From positions 9,362,001 to 9,426,000 of the forward strand of contig CATNEN010000007.1 of the NCBI GenBank assembly GCA_950097015.1: 64,000 nucleotides of DNA. Direction: 5' to 3'. A program made the position numbers and the translations under genes. Positions 24,800 through 35,854 of the stretch are shown in pieces. A model generated the notes under the pieces. It did not search any database. It was given only the letters and a program-made list of their open reading frames with translations, and had not been told where the DNA came from. Source of the DNA: Macrostomum hystrix (Eukaryota; Animalia; Platyhelminthes). The first letter of the stretch is position 1; each line of letters starts with the position of its first letter.

Positions 24800-25735
24800 A
24801 GTATACATATATAGAGAGACGCAAAAAGTTAGTTAGCTTTTGCGCGCACGCGCTCGCAGAACAGTTGGGAGGGGCAGGCCATGGCGGACTGGGGATCAAG
24901 TCCGATGGCCTGCAAGTCAGCCATCAGTGTGGCATTCAGCGTCACGGTTCTTCCTTGGCCGCGGCGCAGCCGCTCGGTCGGCTGGTGCAGGAGGACCAGC
25001 GCAAGCGGGTTTCGCTCGCCGCGACCGTGACTCCTCAGACAGTGGCCCAGCAGCATCTGGCGGCGCCGGCGCAGGGTGACGCTCAGGGCCGGGACGCCGG
25101 CGCGAACCATCAGATCTCTGGACGGCAGCCTCTCCGGGTAGTGCACGCCCAGGGCGTGGCGCAGCAGGGACCTGTACAGCGCGTCCAGGGCCGCGTTGCG
25201 GTCATCGGCACTGCTTCCATGCCGTACAGTAGGATAGGCTCAACGGCAGCGCGGAAGAGGCGCACCTTCAGGCTGTCTCTTGCAGCAGAGTTGAAGACGT
25301 TCCTGAGAAGGTGCACCGCGCGCCAGGCCTGATTCCTCCTGTCGGAGACGATGGAGTCGGGACTCATCCCCAGGGAGCCGAGGTACCGAAAGTCCTCGCA
25401 CACCGCGATGGCATCTCCGTTGGGCAGATCTAGTGCCGGGGTGGTGTCAGTGCCCACGTGCAGCACTTCTGTCTTCAGTGCGTTGATCATCAGTCCAACC
25501 CGAGCGCCCTCCTCGCAGAGTCTTAAGAGAGCACGTTGGGCAGCAGCTGGATCGCGACAGAGGAGTGCGATGTCGTCGGCATACGCAAGAGCCGGTAGCG
25601 GGACTGCAGGGTGTCGGGAGCTTCGACGTGGGCTAGCATATAGCCGTCGTCATCTAGGAGAGACCGGCGCAGCACGTAGTCCACGACCATGATGAAAAGC
25701 AGAGGAGCCAGCGTGTCGCCCTGAAGGACGCCCTG
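24800..25735 (-). mobile_element. 5'-truncated, frameshifted RTE-clade non-LTR retrotransposon (C-terminal half of RT)
   Basis: GVLQGDTLAPLLF, RRSSRHPA..LAYADD, GLMIN..KTE, FRYLGS, KVRLFRAAVEPILLYG, RRR..LLGHCLR. Frameshifts near 25630 and 25195. Confidence 0.9.
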
Positions 25736-26142
25736 AAGTACCTGAAGACGTAGTATAAAATACTGGAAATGTCTGCTACTGAAGTATGAATATTATTTAT
25801 GGACTCACAAAATGAATTTGCAATCCGTTTTCAAAAGCAACGATAGACAAAAAACAAAGCCAAGAAACGAAAACCAATGAGAAATGGATAAAATTCAGTT
25901 CGAAATTATTTTTCAGCTGCTAGAATGCGCATCTGAAGGCAAGAATAGAATCCAAGTATCTGACGCCTTCACCGAGGCAACTTGGGGTGATCGCACAGCA
26001 TAACGCTTAATCGTTTCCAGAAAGGTGAAAAGGAGTTTGAGTTCATTCATAATTATGTCAAGAAGTTTTTCAACACGCCAATAATTCTTACCTCGCCGCT
26101 TCTTTTTCCTTACTTGGATTTCACGGTATGCAAACATCCACG

Positions 26143-26225
26143 TTTACTAGCACGTTTACTAGCATTACTAGCACGTTTACTAGCATTACTAGCACGTTTA
26201 CTAGCATTACTAGCATGTTTACAAG
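26143..26225. repeat. Short tandem repeat
   Basis: TTACTAGCA(C) units. Confidence 0.75.
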
Positions 26226-26670
26226 CGTTCGCTTACAAGCGAAAATAAGCTTTCGTTTTTTTCGGAGGCGGATGCACACAAGCAAGTAAAGGTGCTTTTT
26301 AAACGTGTTTATTATTTGTGTAATACATTATCGCGGACACCATCTCTGCATCGCAAAGTATTTAATAATATGCCGTTAATTAGTGCACGAAAAAAAAAAA
26401 ACTAGGAGTATTTTGTGCTTAAGAAATTAAAAATCTGTTATTCGTTTTAGATAGAAAAAAGGCATTTCCTAAGGCTTCAAGTGAGACTGTGAGCTGCACA
26501 CCCAGTTAAAAACGAAGAGAAAAATAAAGTTCAACGTGCTCTTCCAGTTGCTTATAGCAGTTCAATCTAATACAGCAGACGATTTAACTAGGCGGTGGTA
26601 TAAACAATTGGGATCGCTACGCCTGTGTCATCAGTGTGCGTAGTGTAGCAAGTGCAGGTCCTCAACTGGG

Positions 26671-28922
26671 TCAGTTCTCGGCCTGCAGCAGATAGGTGTC
26701 CTTGGTGCGCCGGTTCTTCAACGAATAGACCTGCTGGCAGGCAAAATCTTCCGACTCTACCACCCTGGCCAGATGCCGGTTGAGAAACACTCCGTCCAAG
26801 TCGATAAGCTTCCGCCGGATCATGTCCTTAAAGCGGGCCAGATCCTCGGTGTACACCTTCTTGAGCATGGCGTGGCTGCCCTCGACAAAGGCCCAGTTGG
26901 AGCTCCAGTGCGGCCGGGCACCCTCGACTCCGCGCAGGTCCATCTCGAGGTCGCGCACAAAGTCGCCCAACAAGTCGTCATCGTCCTCAGCCTGGGGCAG
27001 CATGAGCACGTTTAAAGCGCAGGTGCGCCCGGTGCCACCTTTGGTGGGGTGGGCGCAGTGGCCGGGTGCCATTAGAGCGTCACTGGCTTTGGAGAAGGAG
27101 ACACACAGGCAGCAGTTCAACGGGAACTGCCTGCGCTTCTTATACTCCTGCACTCGCTCAGTAACCATCGTGACGCAGCGGACAGTGTTTGAAAACTCCT
27201 TTCCAGCGTCGAACACATATTCGACATTCTTAAGGCCAGTCGGGTATGTGTCCGGCCGCATCCAGTTGATGCCCCAGCTCACGTGCTGCTGGTACTCGGA
27301 GTGTGCCGGCTGCTGCCGCCGGTGCCGCCTGTGCGTACAGCGCAGTGCCTCCACCGGGTCGCCCAGCAGACAGCTCGAGTCCGGGTCCAGCAGCTCCGGG
27401 CTGATTAGGTCGAACTCACGCTTCGCCTGCGACGGCGTCTGACAGGCATTAAGGAAGCGGCAAAACACCTCGTCCCTGCGCGGTGTCCAGTCCTCCAGGC
27501 TGTACAGCTCGGGGGCTGGCGTGCGCTGCCGGCTCTCCACGGCCAGCTCCATCAGCTCCGCCTCCTCACTCTTCGACTCATCCGCCGCTTCCTCCTGGTC
27601 TTCATCTTCCTTTCTTTCTGCTCCTCGCTCTTCTTTTTCTTCTTCCTCCTTCTCCTCTTCGGCTGCCTCGAAATTAGCTGTCTCCTCCTTGCATTCTGGC
27701 AGCGGATCCTCCGGCCCACGCACGCTGTTGAATGGAAACCAGTAAACGCTGACATTCTGGTTGTTGGCGAGCATGGCGTCCATCGCCTCCGGACAGAGCA
27801 ACACCTCTTCCAGCGGCTTGAAGTCAGTGGTGACGCGCACCGTGAAGTTCTTCTGTACCTGGAAGGTGGCGTCGTAGACCACGCCAAACATGCCGAGGTG
27901 GCACTGAGCGCCTAAAAACAAGTCCCGTTTCTCCGCGCGTCTGGCATCGCTGGCGTCAGTCGCTTCGCTGTCATCAACCAGGCAGCGGTAGTGCTTCAGA
28001 CGACCATCAGCATCAACGATACGAATATCCGTGATGAAGTCGCTGATGGCGGAGTGGGCGGGTGCGTCACCCGTGGCTCCCGTCATGGCGAGCTCAACCT
28101 TGGGGCGAAGGAGGGAATGCGAGCTTATATGAGCATTATATCATCGTCACTTGCTGTGAAAGCCACTATACTCTTTGTGCTCAGCAGATGCTTCAGAGAA
28201 AACCTATGACCGAGAACAACATGGAAATCTTATTGACAACCTACATAACCTGAGGGACTGAGGTTGATAACGATTAAATTTATTTAAAACGTCCAGCCTA
28301 CCATGGTTGCCTGCGGTGAGTCGGGTAGGCTGGGCAGACAGAGGTCACGTGACAGGCAGAACTCGTTGAATTCACGCACCGTAACGCCCGGCTTCACCGT
28401 CACCAGGCGGCAACCTCCATCGAGGAGGTCACCGCTGCCGCCAGGCACCAAGGCGATTCGCTCTTCGTCGGCGATGAAATCGGTGTCCACGATCACGTCG
28501 AAGTCATCGGGGACAAGACAGCATGGCGCGTTGCCTGAGCGAACTCGGAGGCCGAGAGTACGGGCGGACCGCACCAGGCGCGTGATCTCGCTCAGCGAGG
28601 ACACCTAGGGGAGTGAGAAGGCCATATGGGCATGCAGAATAGGACATTCTCGCTTAAAATATTCACAGAGCCTGCTAACGTTGAGAAATATACTATCAAG
28701 CAGTTTAATCTAAACTACAGGATTTTTTCTAGGTGACTCGACTTCTAGGCATTTCTAAATATAATAGAAAATGCCTGCCAAAAATCTAGTTGTATGCCCA
28801 AGCTGTATGCTCACCTGAGAGTAAAGCACCTGCTGCGAGCCCAGCCGCCTTGTGTGCACCTTTGGCATCAGGCCGATACGAGCCTGAAGCTCGTCGCGCA
28901 AGCTCACCTCCTTCTCGGACAT
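26671..28922 (-). CDS. FAD-linked oxidoreductase, L-gulonolactone/D-arabinonolactone oxidase (VAO/PCMH) family, ~612 aa
   Basis: Exons 28922-28815, 28604-28302, 28098-26671, all phase 0. PCMH-type motifs VTVKPGVT, IRIVDADG, HLGMFGVVY; C-terminal VEY, GARPHW, DLDGVFLN. The start exon is inferred. Confidence 0.8.
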
Positions 28923-29714
28923 TTTTCGTCAGACTTTCGTTCGATTCCTTGCTGTCTCACTGAAGCAAATTTGGCACAGAGCTCACAGCAGCCTGGAGCC
29001 TCACGATTGAGCCAACAAAACGAAACGAAGCAGACAAAGCAGCTTTTCACATTAAGCCTCACCTAAGCACGCAGATCTTGCCTCTCTCTAACTTGCTTGG
29101 TCGCCATGGAAGCCAAGCCAGCGTACGCTCTCCTCACGTACACAGCGGCAAAGGTCTCAGGAGACGTAACCTCACCAAGCTTTTAGCTTTATTCAAGTTG
29201 AGCTCTTGCACGGCTCTCCCGACTCTTGAGCTGAGTGCAGCGATAGGAGGAGTGTGCAGGCAGACAAATGCCGCAGGCTCACCCCACGCCCACCCCTGGC
29301 GCTCTGCCGTACCCATCAATACCCCAGCCGCCATTGCGCTGGCTGTCTGTCCACGCATGACTGCCTGGGCCCGTTGGAGCCTAAATTTACTGCCCTCCTC
29401 CCTCGTTCTCGCTACAATACAGCGAAAGCAGCGAGTTCACCTGTAGCCTTGTGAAATTTGCTAGCTCTGCTTGGGTACTACTGAAACTCTAACAGCTCGC
29501 TATTTTGCGGGACATAAAAACACGGCTTTCCATCCAGAGTTCTATAAGCATATGTAGGCGCATCAGTTTATAGTACAATTGCTTACAAGAACATGTACTA
29601 TATATGTTTTTAGAAATCGATTTATTCGGAAGCTTTAATGCTTGTGTGATAAAAAAGGTATTCACAATAGTGGCGAATTTCGTATAAAACAATACTAATA
29701 CGCGCTGTAAGCTA

Positions 29715-29970
29715 ATAACAACTGCCCCAATCGGGCCAGATGTGCAGTCGAAATCACTAGTCCGAAAATGAGACGGAGCATTTGAAGGCCGCGTACGGCT
29801 TTTCAGTCTATGGACTGGGGGACGCCACACCCATGTTGGTAACCATGCTGTACCCATTTAACATGTGAACTGAAGCAATGCAGAGTTAAGTGTCCTGCTA
29901 AAGGACACCAATTGTTCGAGACCTTCAAGTCGTGAGTCCTATGCTCTAACCACAGGGCTACAACCCTCTA
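29715..29970 (-). mobile_element. CORE-type SINE (family B), internally deleted copy
   Basis: Head GGGTTGTAGCCCTGTGGTTAGAGC, CORE-like GCAGGACACTTAACTCTGCATTGCTTCAGTT..AAATGGG, tail shared with 7374-7665. Confidence 0.72.
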
Positions 29971-30420
29971 CACATTTTCGTGAATAAACAAACATTATAT
30001 GTGCACTTTTTGATAATCAGAGCTTAGGATTTCATTGACGAGGGAACTCATGAGGCTCAAACAGTTTGTCTGAGGCGTTTTAAACTTGCAGCATCCCAGC
30101 AGGCTTGGCCACAGCACGCACAGAACATGATTAGGCACAATGTGTGTAATTGTCATGTCTCATTTACAGATTCGCCAGTGGCAACTTAACTCAGAGAGTC
30201 TCTGTGAGTGAATGAGGGACAATCGACATAGTGCTTTAGCCTCTCGACTTTATTTCCGTGAGTGCACTAATGGGCCAGGTACTGCTGGCCCAGGTAGCTC
30301 AAGTTATCCAAGGAAAATGGCTTTATTTAAAAGTAATAAAACAGACAAAGTCGCTTTCGTAAAAAATAATCCAGAAGAAACCCCTCAGCTCCAAATAGAC
30401 ACCACAATAGCGGCGCGGCC

Positions 30421-30897
30421 TCAGCCGGACTTGTTGGTGACTTGGATGTTGCTGAAGAACATGCCGCAGGCTGCGCAGCACGGCCCGAAGCAGCACTCCA
30501 GCATGATGGTGATGAACCGCTTCAGGCAGCGCATCTGCAGCTCGAACAGCTTGCAGTTGGGCGTCATGTACCACACCTCATTGAAGGCCACGCAGCCGAA
30601 GGTGCAGCCCCAGTGCAGGGCGATGAAAATGCCGCAGAACAGGGTGGCGATCTTGTACGACAGCGACAGACCGCAGGTGTAGCAGTTGTAGCTGTTGCGC
30701 CACACGCAGTCCATGGAGTGGGCGCCATCTGGCTCGGCCAGGACGTCCTCAAATTTCACCTGAAAATTATCAGTGGCCAAGAAAGTCTAAATTAGCTGCT
30801 CAACACCATAAATGATATTGAGGCCAGTTCAAATCACCTGCAGTCCCTGGTTGATCCCGTTGGGATCCCTGTTGACCATGTCCAGTTCGGCGGCCAT
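30421..30897 (-). CDS. Caveolin (paralog A), 132 aa
   Basis: Exons 30897-30838 and 30759-30421. NRDP..IN, signature FEDVLAEP, HSMDCVW, intramembrane segment, Cys-rich C-terminus. Confidence 0.95.
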
Positions 30898-31022
30898 TGC
30901 CTTCGCTGTGTCCTCCTGTGCCAGAATGAAACCGCAGACTTGAGAAGAAAAGCTGGTCGCTCTCGCCTGAGACAATTCAGTTGGGAAGCCGCGGGCAGCG
31001 GGGCTGGGGCTTGAGCACTCGG

Positions 31023-31312
31023 ATTTATACGCCTGCAGCCAGCACGGACAGCCCACCCGGTGACCATAGAGATGCAGCGGCGGCTGTTGACGTGGACCCC
31101 GGCCTCCGAAATGCCAATGCCCCTATCTGCAGCTGCTTTCGTTGCCATTGGCAACGGTGCGTGATCGGATAGGTCTAAGACTAAAGACCAAGAATTATTT
31201 TAGATTCTCAATCTCGGACTGAGCAGTCTCTGACAGTTCTCAGCCCATGTGCTCTAGCTGTCCCCTTTGTCAGATTGTGCTCACGGAATACGTCTCTGTT
31301 GCTATTGACAAC
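31023..31312 (-). promoter_or_regulatory. Putative caveolin-A promoter: TATA box plus RFX X-boxes
   Basis: TATAAAT on the minus strand (31029-31023), GTTGCCATTGGCAAC at 31141-31155, GTTGCTATTGACAAC at 31298-31312. Confidence 0.5.
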
Positions 31313-32831
31313 CGATTCCGCTGATCTCTCTATCTTCGTTTTACGACTCTCTCTATCTTCGTGATAGAGAAGTGCCTGCAGTTAACCCCACAGCTGCATC
31401 GGCACTCAGAGATCCCGCTCTGCTAAGGGAATTCAACTGCGGATGCAAAAACAGCCAACGCAGGCCGAATTCCACGTGTCGGGCACCGGGCTTCAGCGAG
31501 TTTAATGCTTGCCCAACCCAATACTGAGCCCCCCAAATTCTCAGCCAGATGCGAGCTATCACTGAGTCACCGAACAAACTCTCTGTGTTTTTAAAGTATT
31601 TAGTTGAATTCATTATCGGTCCTCGCTACAGAGAAGCTGTCAGTGCTCAAGTTTTTAAGGGCTATATGAAAATCCAAGCCATTCTGTTGCATATTTCAGT
31701 TAAAAAAATTAAATTCGATCTGAGTGGGTGATGATCAAATTTATGCGCTGATAAAAGCGTCGACTGTGACCAAAACAACCGCGGTGGGTGTTGTGGGAGC
31801 TTGAGACTAGGCCGCCTTGGAGGCACTATTCAGCCATCTATTACAGCTAAATGCAAGCAGCAGTCCACTTCCCCAAAGCTGCCAGGTGTTGCCATGGCGC
31901 ACCTACCCGGCTGCTGCTGCATTATTAAATTTCGGGGCAGGCGGCCCACTCCAGCAGCGCTAATCCATTGTGCCAAACTGCATGCCGTGGCTGCTCAAGG
32001 CGAGCACGCAGGGCCGCTACTCAGAATCCATTTTTTAGAATAAAGGCCTGGCTCTACCATTGTTCTCAAACTCAATGCTGTCGCTACACTGCAAAACTGC
32101 ATGTGATGAGAGAGGGACTTGGTGGGCCTGCGCTCAAGCCAGTTGTCATGGCATCAGGTTTTTTGAGAGATGGGCAGGAGACTGGAGAGAAGGAGGCAGG
32201 GAGAGTGGCGGCCCTGGCAACTAAATTGGATGTAGAAAAACTATCTCTACCGTGCAGGTAGGGGACCCGATGTAGCGGGGGAAAGGCGACTGTTGCTAAG
32301 GCCATCCGTGGAGGCGGAGGTGGCGGCAGCTACCTGTACTATTCTTAATTGGCCAAAATTCGATGGCGAAATGACATTCAACAATGAGCACAAACTGTGC
32401 TTTTTACAACAGGAGGCAATAAGTAGATAAATCATGAGTGTAACTGGCGCTGGCTGGCTTTATTTGCAGTAGGAAACGGGGGCTCTGGTTAGCTTGCTTT
32501 GGTTTGTGGGGTGGAAAAATAGATGTATGCATTTTTGCCGCACCGAGCCAATCTGGGATCAAATGCCCCAATCGACTGATCAATTTTGCGCTTTCAACAT
32601 ATTATTCATGGTTACGTAATTTTCGTGGAGACCTTGGAGACTCTTCAGAGTGGGAGCTGGGTTGGGACCCGAACACTGGGGGCCGGATGCAGCAAAATCT
32701 GTTCAGCCTTTGGCTTGGGCTGGGGGCCTTAAAAATCCGGCAGCAACAGAATGGCAAAGCGGAGAGGCACAAAGGCACAAGACAAAAAAGTTTCGCATCG
32801 AATGTCGCTTAGATCGACACAACGCAGGCGC

Positions 32832-33331
32832 TCAGCCGGACTTGTTGGTGACTTGGATGTTGCTGAAGAACATGCCGCAGGCTGCGCAGCACGGCCCGAA
32901 GCAGCACTCCAGCATGGTGACAAAGAAGCGCTTGAAGCATGACATGGTGATCTCAAACACCTTGCAGTTCGGCGTGATGTACCAGATCTGCTCGAAGGCC
33001 AGGCAGCCGAAGGTGCAGCCCCAGTGCAGGGCGATGAAGATGCCACAGAGCAGGGTGGCGATCTTGTAGGACAGGGCCAGGCCGCAGTTGTAGCACTTGT
33101 AGCTGTTCTGCCACACGCAGTCCATGGAGTGGGCGCCATCTGGCTCGGCTAGGACGTCCTCGAACTTCACCTGCAATCAATGTTTATGGGAGAAATCGAA
33201 CGAATGATCGGCTTGTTTTGCGTGCAGCCTGTAAGGCCGTCTAGCAGACTGAACGAATCGGCGGATTCCCCTACCTCAATGGAGCTGTTGATGCCATTGG
33301 GGTCGCGGTTGACCAGGTCGATCTCAGTCAT
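32832..33331 (-). CDS. Caveolin (paralog B), 131 aa
   Basis: Exons 33331-33275 and 33170-32832. Same intron position and motifs as paralog A. Confidence 0.95.
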
Positions 33332-33449
33332 TTTCGTCACAGAGCTTCGCTGCGTCAACTACAACTAGGAATAGGTTCTGCGGAAAATGGCTGCCGCTGC
33401 CGCTTCTAGGAGCAGATTTTATCCCCTGGCCCTAGGCATCCCAACTGCG

Positions 33450-33492
33450 GTTGCCATGGATACTGGGGGAGGGCTGACGCTGCCTCGGCAAC
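33450..33492. promoter_or_regulatory. Two RFX X-boxes upstream of caveolin B
   Basis: GTTGCCATGGATAC at 33450-33463 and GCTGCCTCGGCAAC at 33479-33492, about 120-160 bp upstream of the ATG. Confidence 0.55.
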
Positions 33493-35854
33493 GCGCCGGC
33501 AGCCCCATAGTTGGTTGGGCTCCGCGGATTCGCAGGAACAGGCAGGAAAAATTTAAAGCTGCAGTTTAAATTTTCTGCCTCTTTGTCTTTGTTTCCCATG
33601 TCGCAAGCCTATCTGCTCCCACCCGCAGCACTGTGTCATCTCTGAGCTCCCCTCTTTCGCGTCCATGTGCCTCCCCTTCACCTCTCATTTCCAGCTGGTC
33701 GCTAAAACAGAAGCTAAATGGATTCATGCCTGGGGCACTCAGCTGCAATTGCACATTGTTCTCAAATTCTTTAGGAACAGGACAGAAGAGCCTAAGCATT
33801 GCAAAAAGTACCACAATGATCTTCCAAGAGCCGCCAACTTGGTGGAGAGCACAGGATCATTGCTTGCAAAAGTCTTCCTCCCGTGCAATCTTTCAGATTT
33901 CAAAGTATTCGAAGCTGCATGAATAAGATAGTCAAGACGAATTCGGGGCATGAGCCTACGATACGAGTGCAGCGTGCGCAAATCTATCTTCAAGTGGAGC
34001 CCGTCCCAGTGGAATGCTTGAATGCTCAAATGTATAGGTTTAATGCTTCCGATGTAAACCCACGGAGGCAGGGCATGTAGAACTGGATCAGGGCTCATGC
34101 CTTTTCCCAGAGTTACCCTACTTGATGATGACTTTGATCAAGTGGTTAATTGATCTGATGGTCAACAATGCCCCATCTCTTTCCCGGTAAGAGGACAGAC
34201 GGAAATTGTAGTGGTAGGTACTACTTAAAGTAGTTCTGCCTAGTTTCTCTGCAGAATGAGGACCTAACTGTAAAAAGAAAAAGAGACATCGGCCCGGTTT
34301 CGAGGTATTTTACACAAGGCGCGGAGCACGTGTTATTATTTTTTATCTGTAGGTGAAACTTTTGTCAATTGCTTACGCTAAATCAAATGTATTTGCATTA
34401 AGGATATTTATAAATATTTATGAACAATCTTGATCAAATGCTAAAATGTTCCCAGATCATTGATAGATTCAGTTAAATCTGAATCTGAATACAGAAGAGC
34501 CCAAGTGCCGCCAACTTTGGGGAGTGCACAAGATCATTGCCTGCAAAAGTCTTCCTCGGAATCAGAGGAATTCCTCCTCGGAATCGGTGTAATTCCTCCG
34601 TTTCAATAGCAGAACAAACCAACAATACAACAAAATCTTTGTAAATATTGAATAGCATTTAATTAAGGTATAGTCGAATAATAAAATATATTGTCATCAA
34701 ATTTAAATGGTAATTTAATTCCACTATTCGACAGGAAGACGTTTGGGAATTTTCTTACTTTTCTAGAGCATCAATTAAATATTCTTAAGGACATAAAGGA
34801 CATAAAGAGATAAAATGATCATAATGTTTTTGTTTTTCAATGCATCACAATAAAAGCGATTTATTTTAATGAGATAATTTGTAGGAAAAAATGAAATAAC
34901 ATTTTTTTAGTTTTTTCCGCTAATTAACATTGAAATTTTTCTTTGCCTGCTTGCCGGTTAGAGAGTTTAACGTATATTTTATTTAACAAAGAAAGAGTGC
35001 TAAATGTTTTAAGTCGCCTCTGAAGACAAATATAAGTAATTCAAAAACGTCTTATTTATTTGTTACATAAGAATGTTGCATAAAACACTACATTATAAAT
35101 TTGAAACTATTTGCTTAAGATGCTTCACTGTAACTTTCGAAGCGTCGTTTCACGTTACATTAAAAAAATCGCACGAATTCATTCGACGACCTTTAATGTA
35201 TAGGTTTTGCTAGGTCTTAATATTTTTGCAGGTGTCCCTATTTGTTAACTTAGGTTCTGCTGAAAATTACTCTTTCTTTTTATGTTTAATTAAAATTTAT
35301 TTTATGCCATTTGTCGAAGGAGTAATAATGTAATTGTCTTTTTTCGTACTTCCGTTCACGGCGTCGAAGAAAATGACTTGTTGGTCTTTTATACTTATAA
35401 ATCCTTTAAAAAAATTTTTTGTCCATCAATCAAGATTGATGTATGAGAAGAAAATCTGACGATGAGATATATACTTTTACACAAGTAAATACAAAGTGAT
35501 ACATAATGGCCTTTATATTCAAAACTTCAAATTAGACTTATTAAAGTTAGTAATTAGGCGTACTTATAAAAAAAAATTAAACATTTTTCAAAGAAAAGTA
35601 TTTTTGGTATGTTTCTGCTTAATATATTTATCTATATGTCCAATTAAAGGAAACAAAAAGTGCACAATTTCTTATAAACCACTAACACTATCGTGGTACC
35701 ACAATAACAAAATTAGCTGAAGCAATCAATGTGCTGACCAGTGCGCATAAGTGCTATTAGCAGTGAGCATAGATGATTTTTTTATTCCCGGAATCTAAAA
35801 AGTTCAGCTTTTACAATAAAAACTCTGAATTTGCAGTTGGAGCCCCTTTGCTGA

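Noticed and set aside
29063-29440. Extra upstream coding exons of the oxidase
   Set aside because: Splice-like sites exist but give no consistent open frame. At most they are 5' UTR exons.
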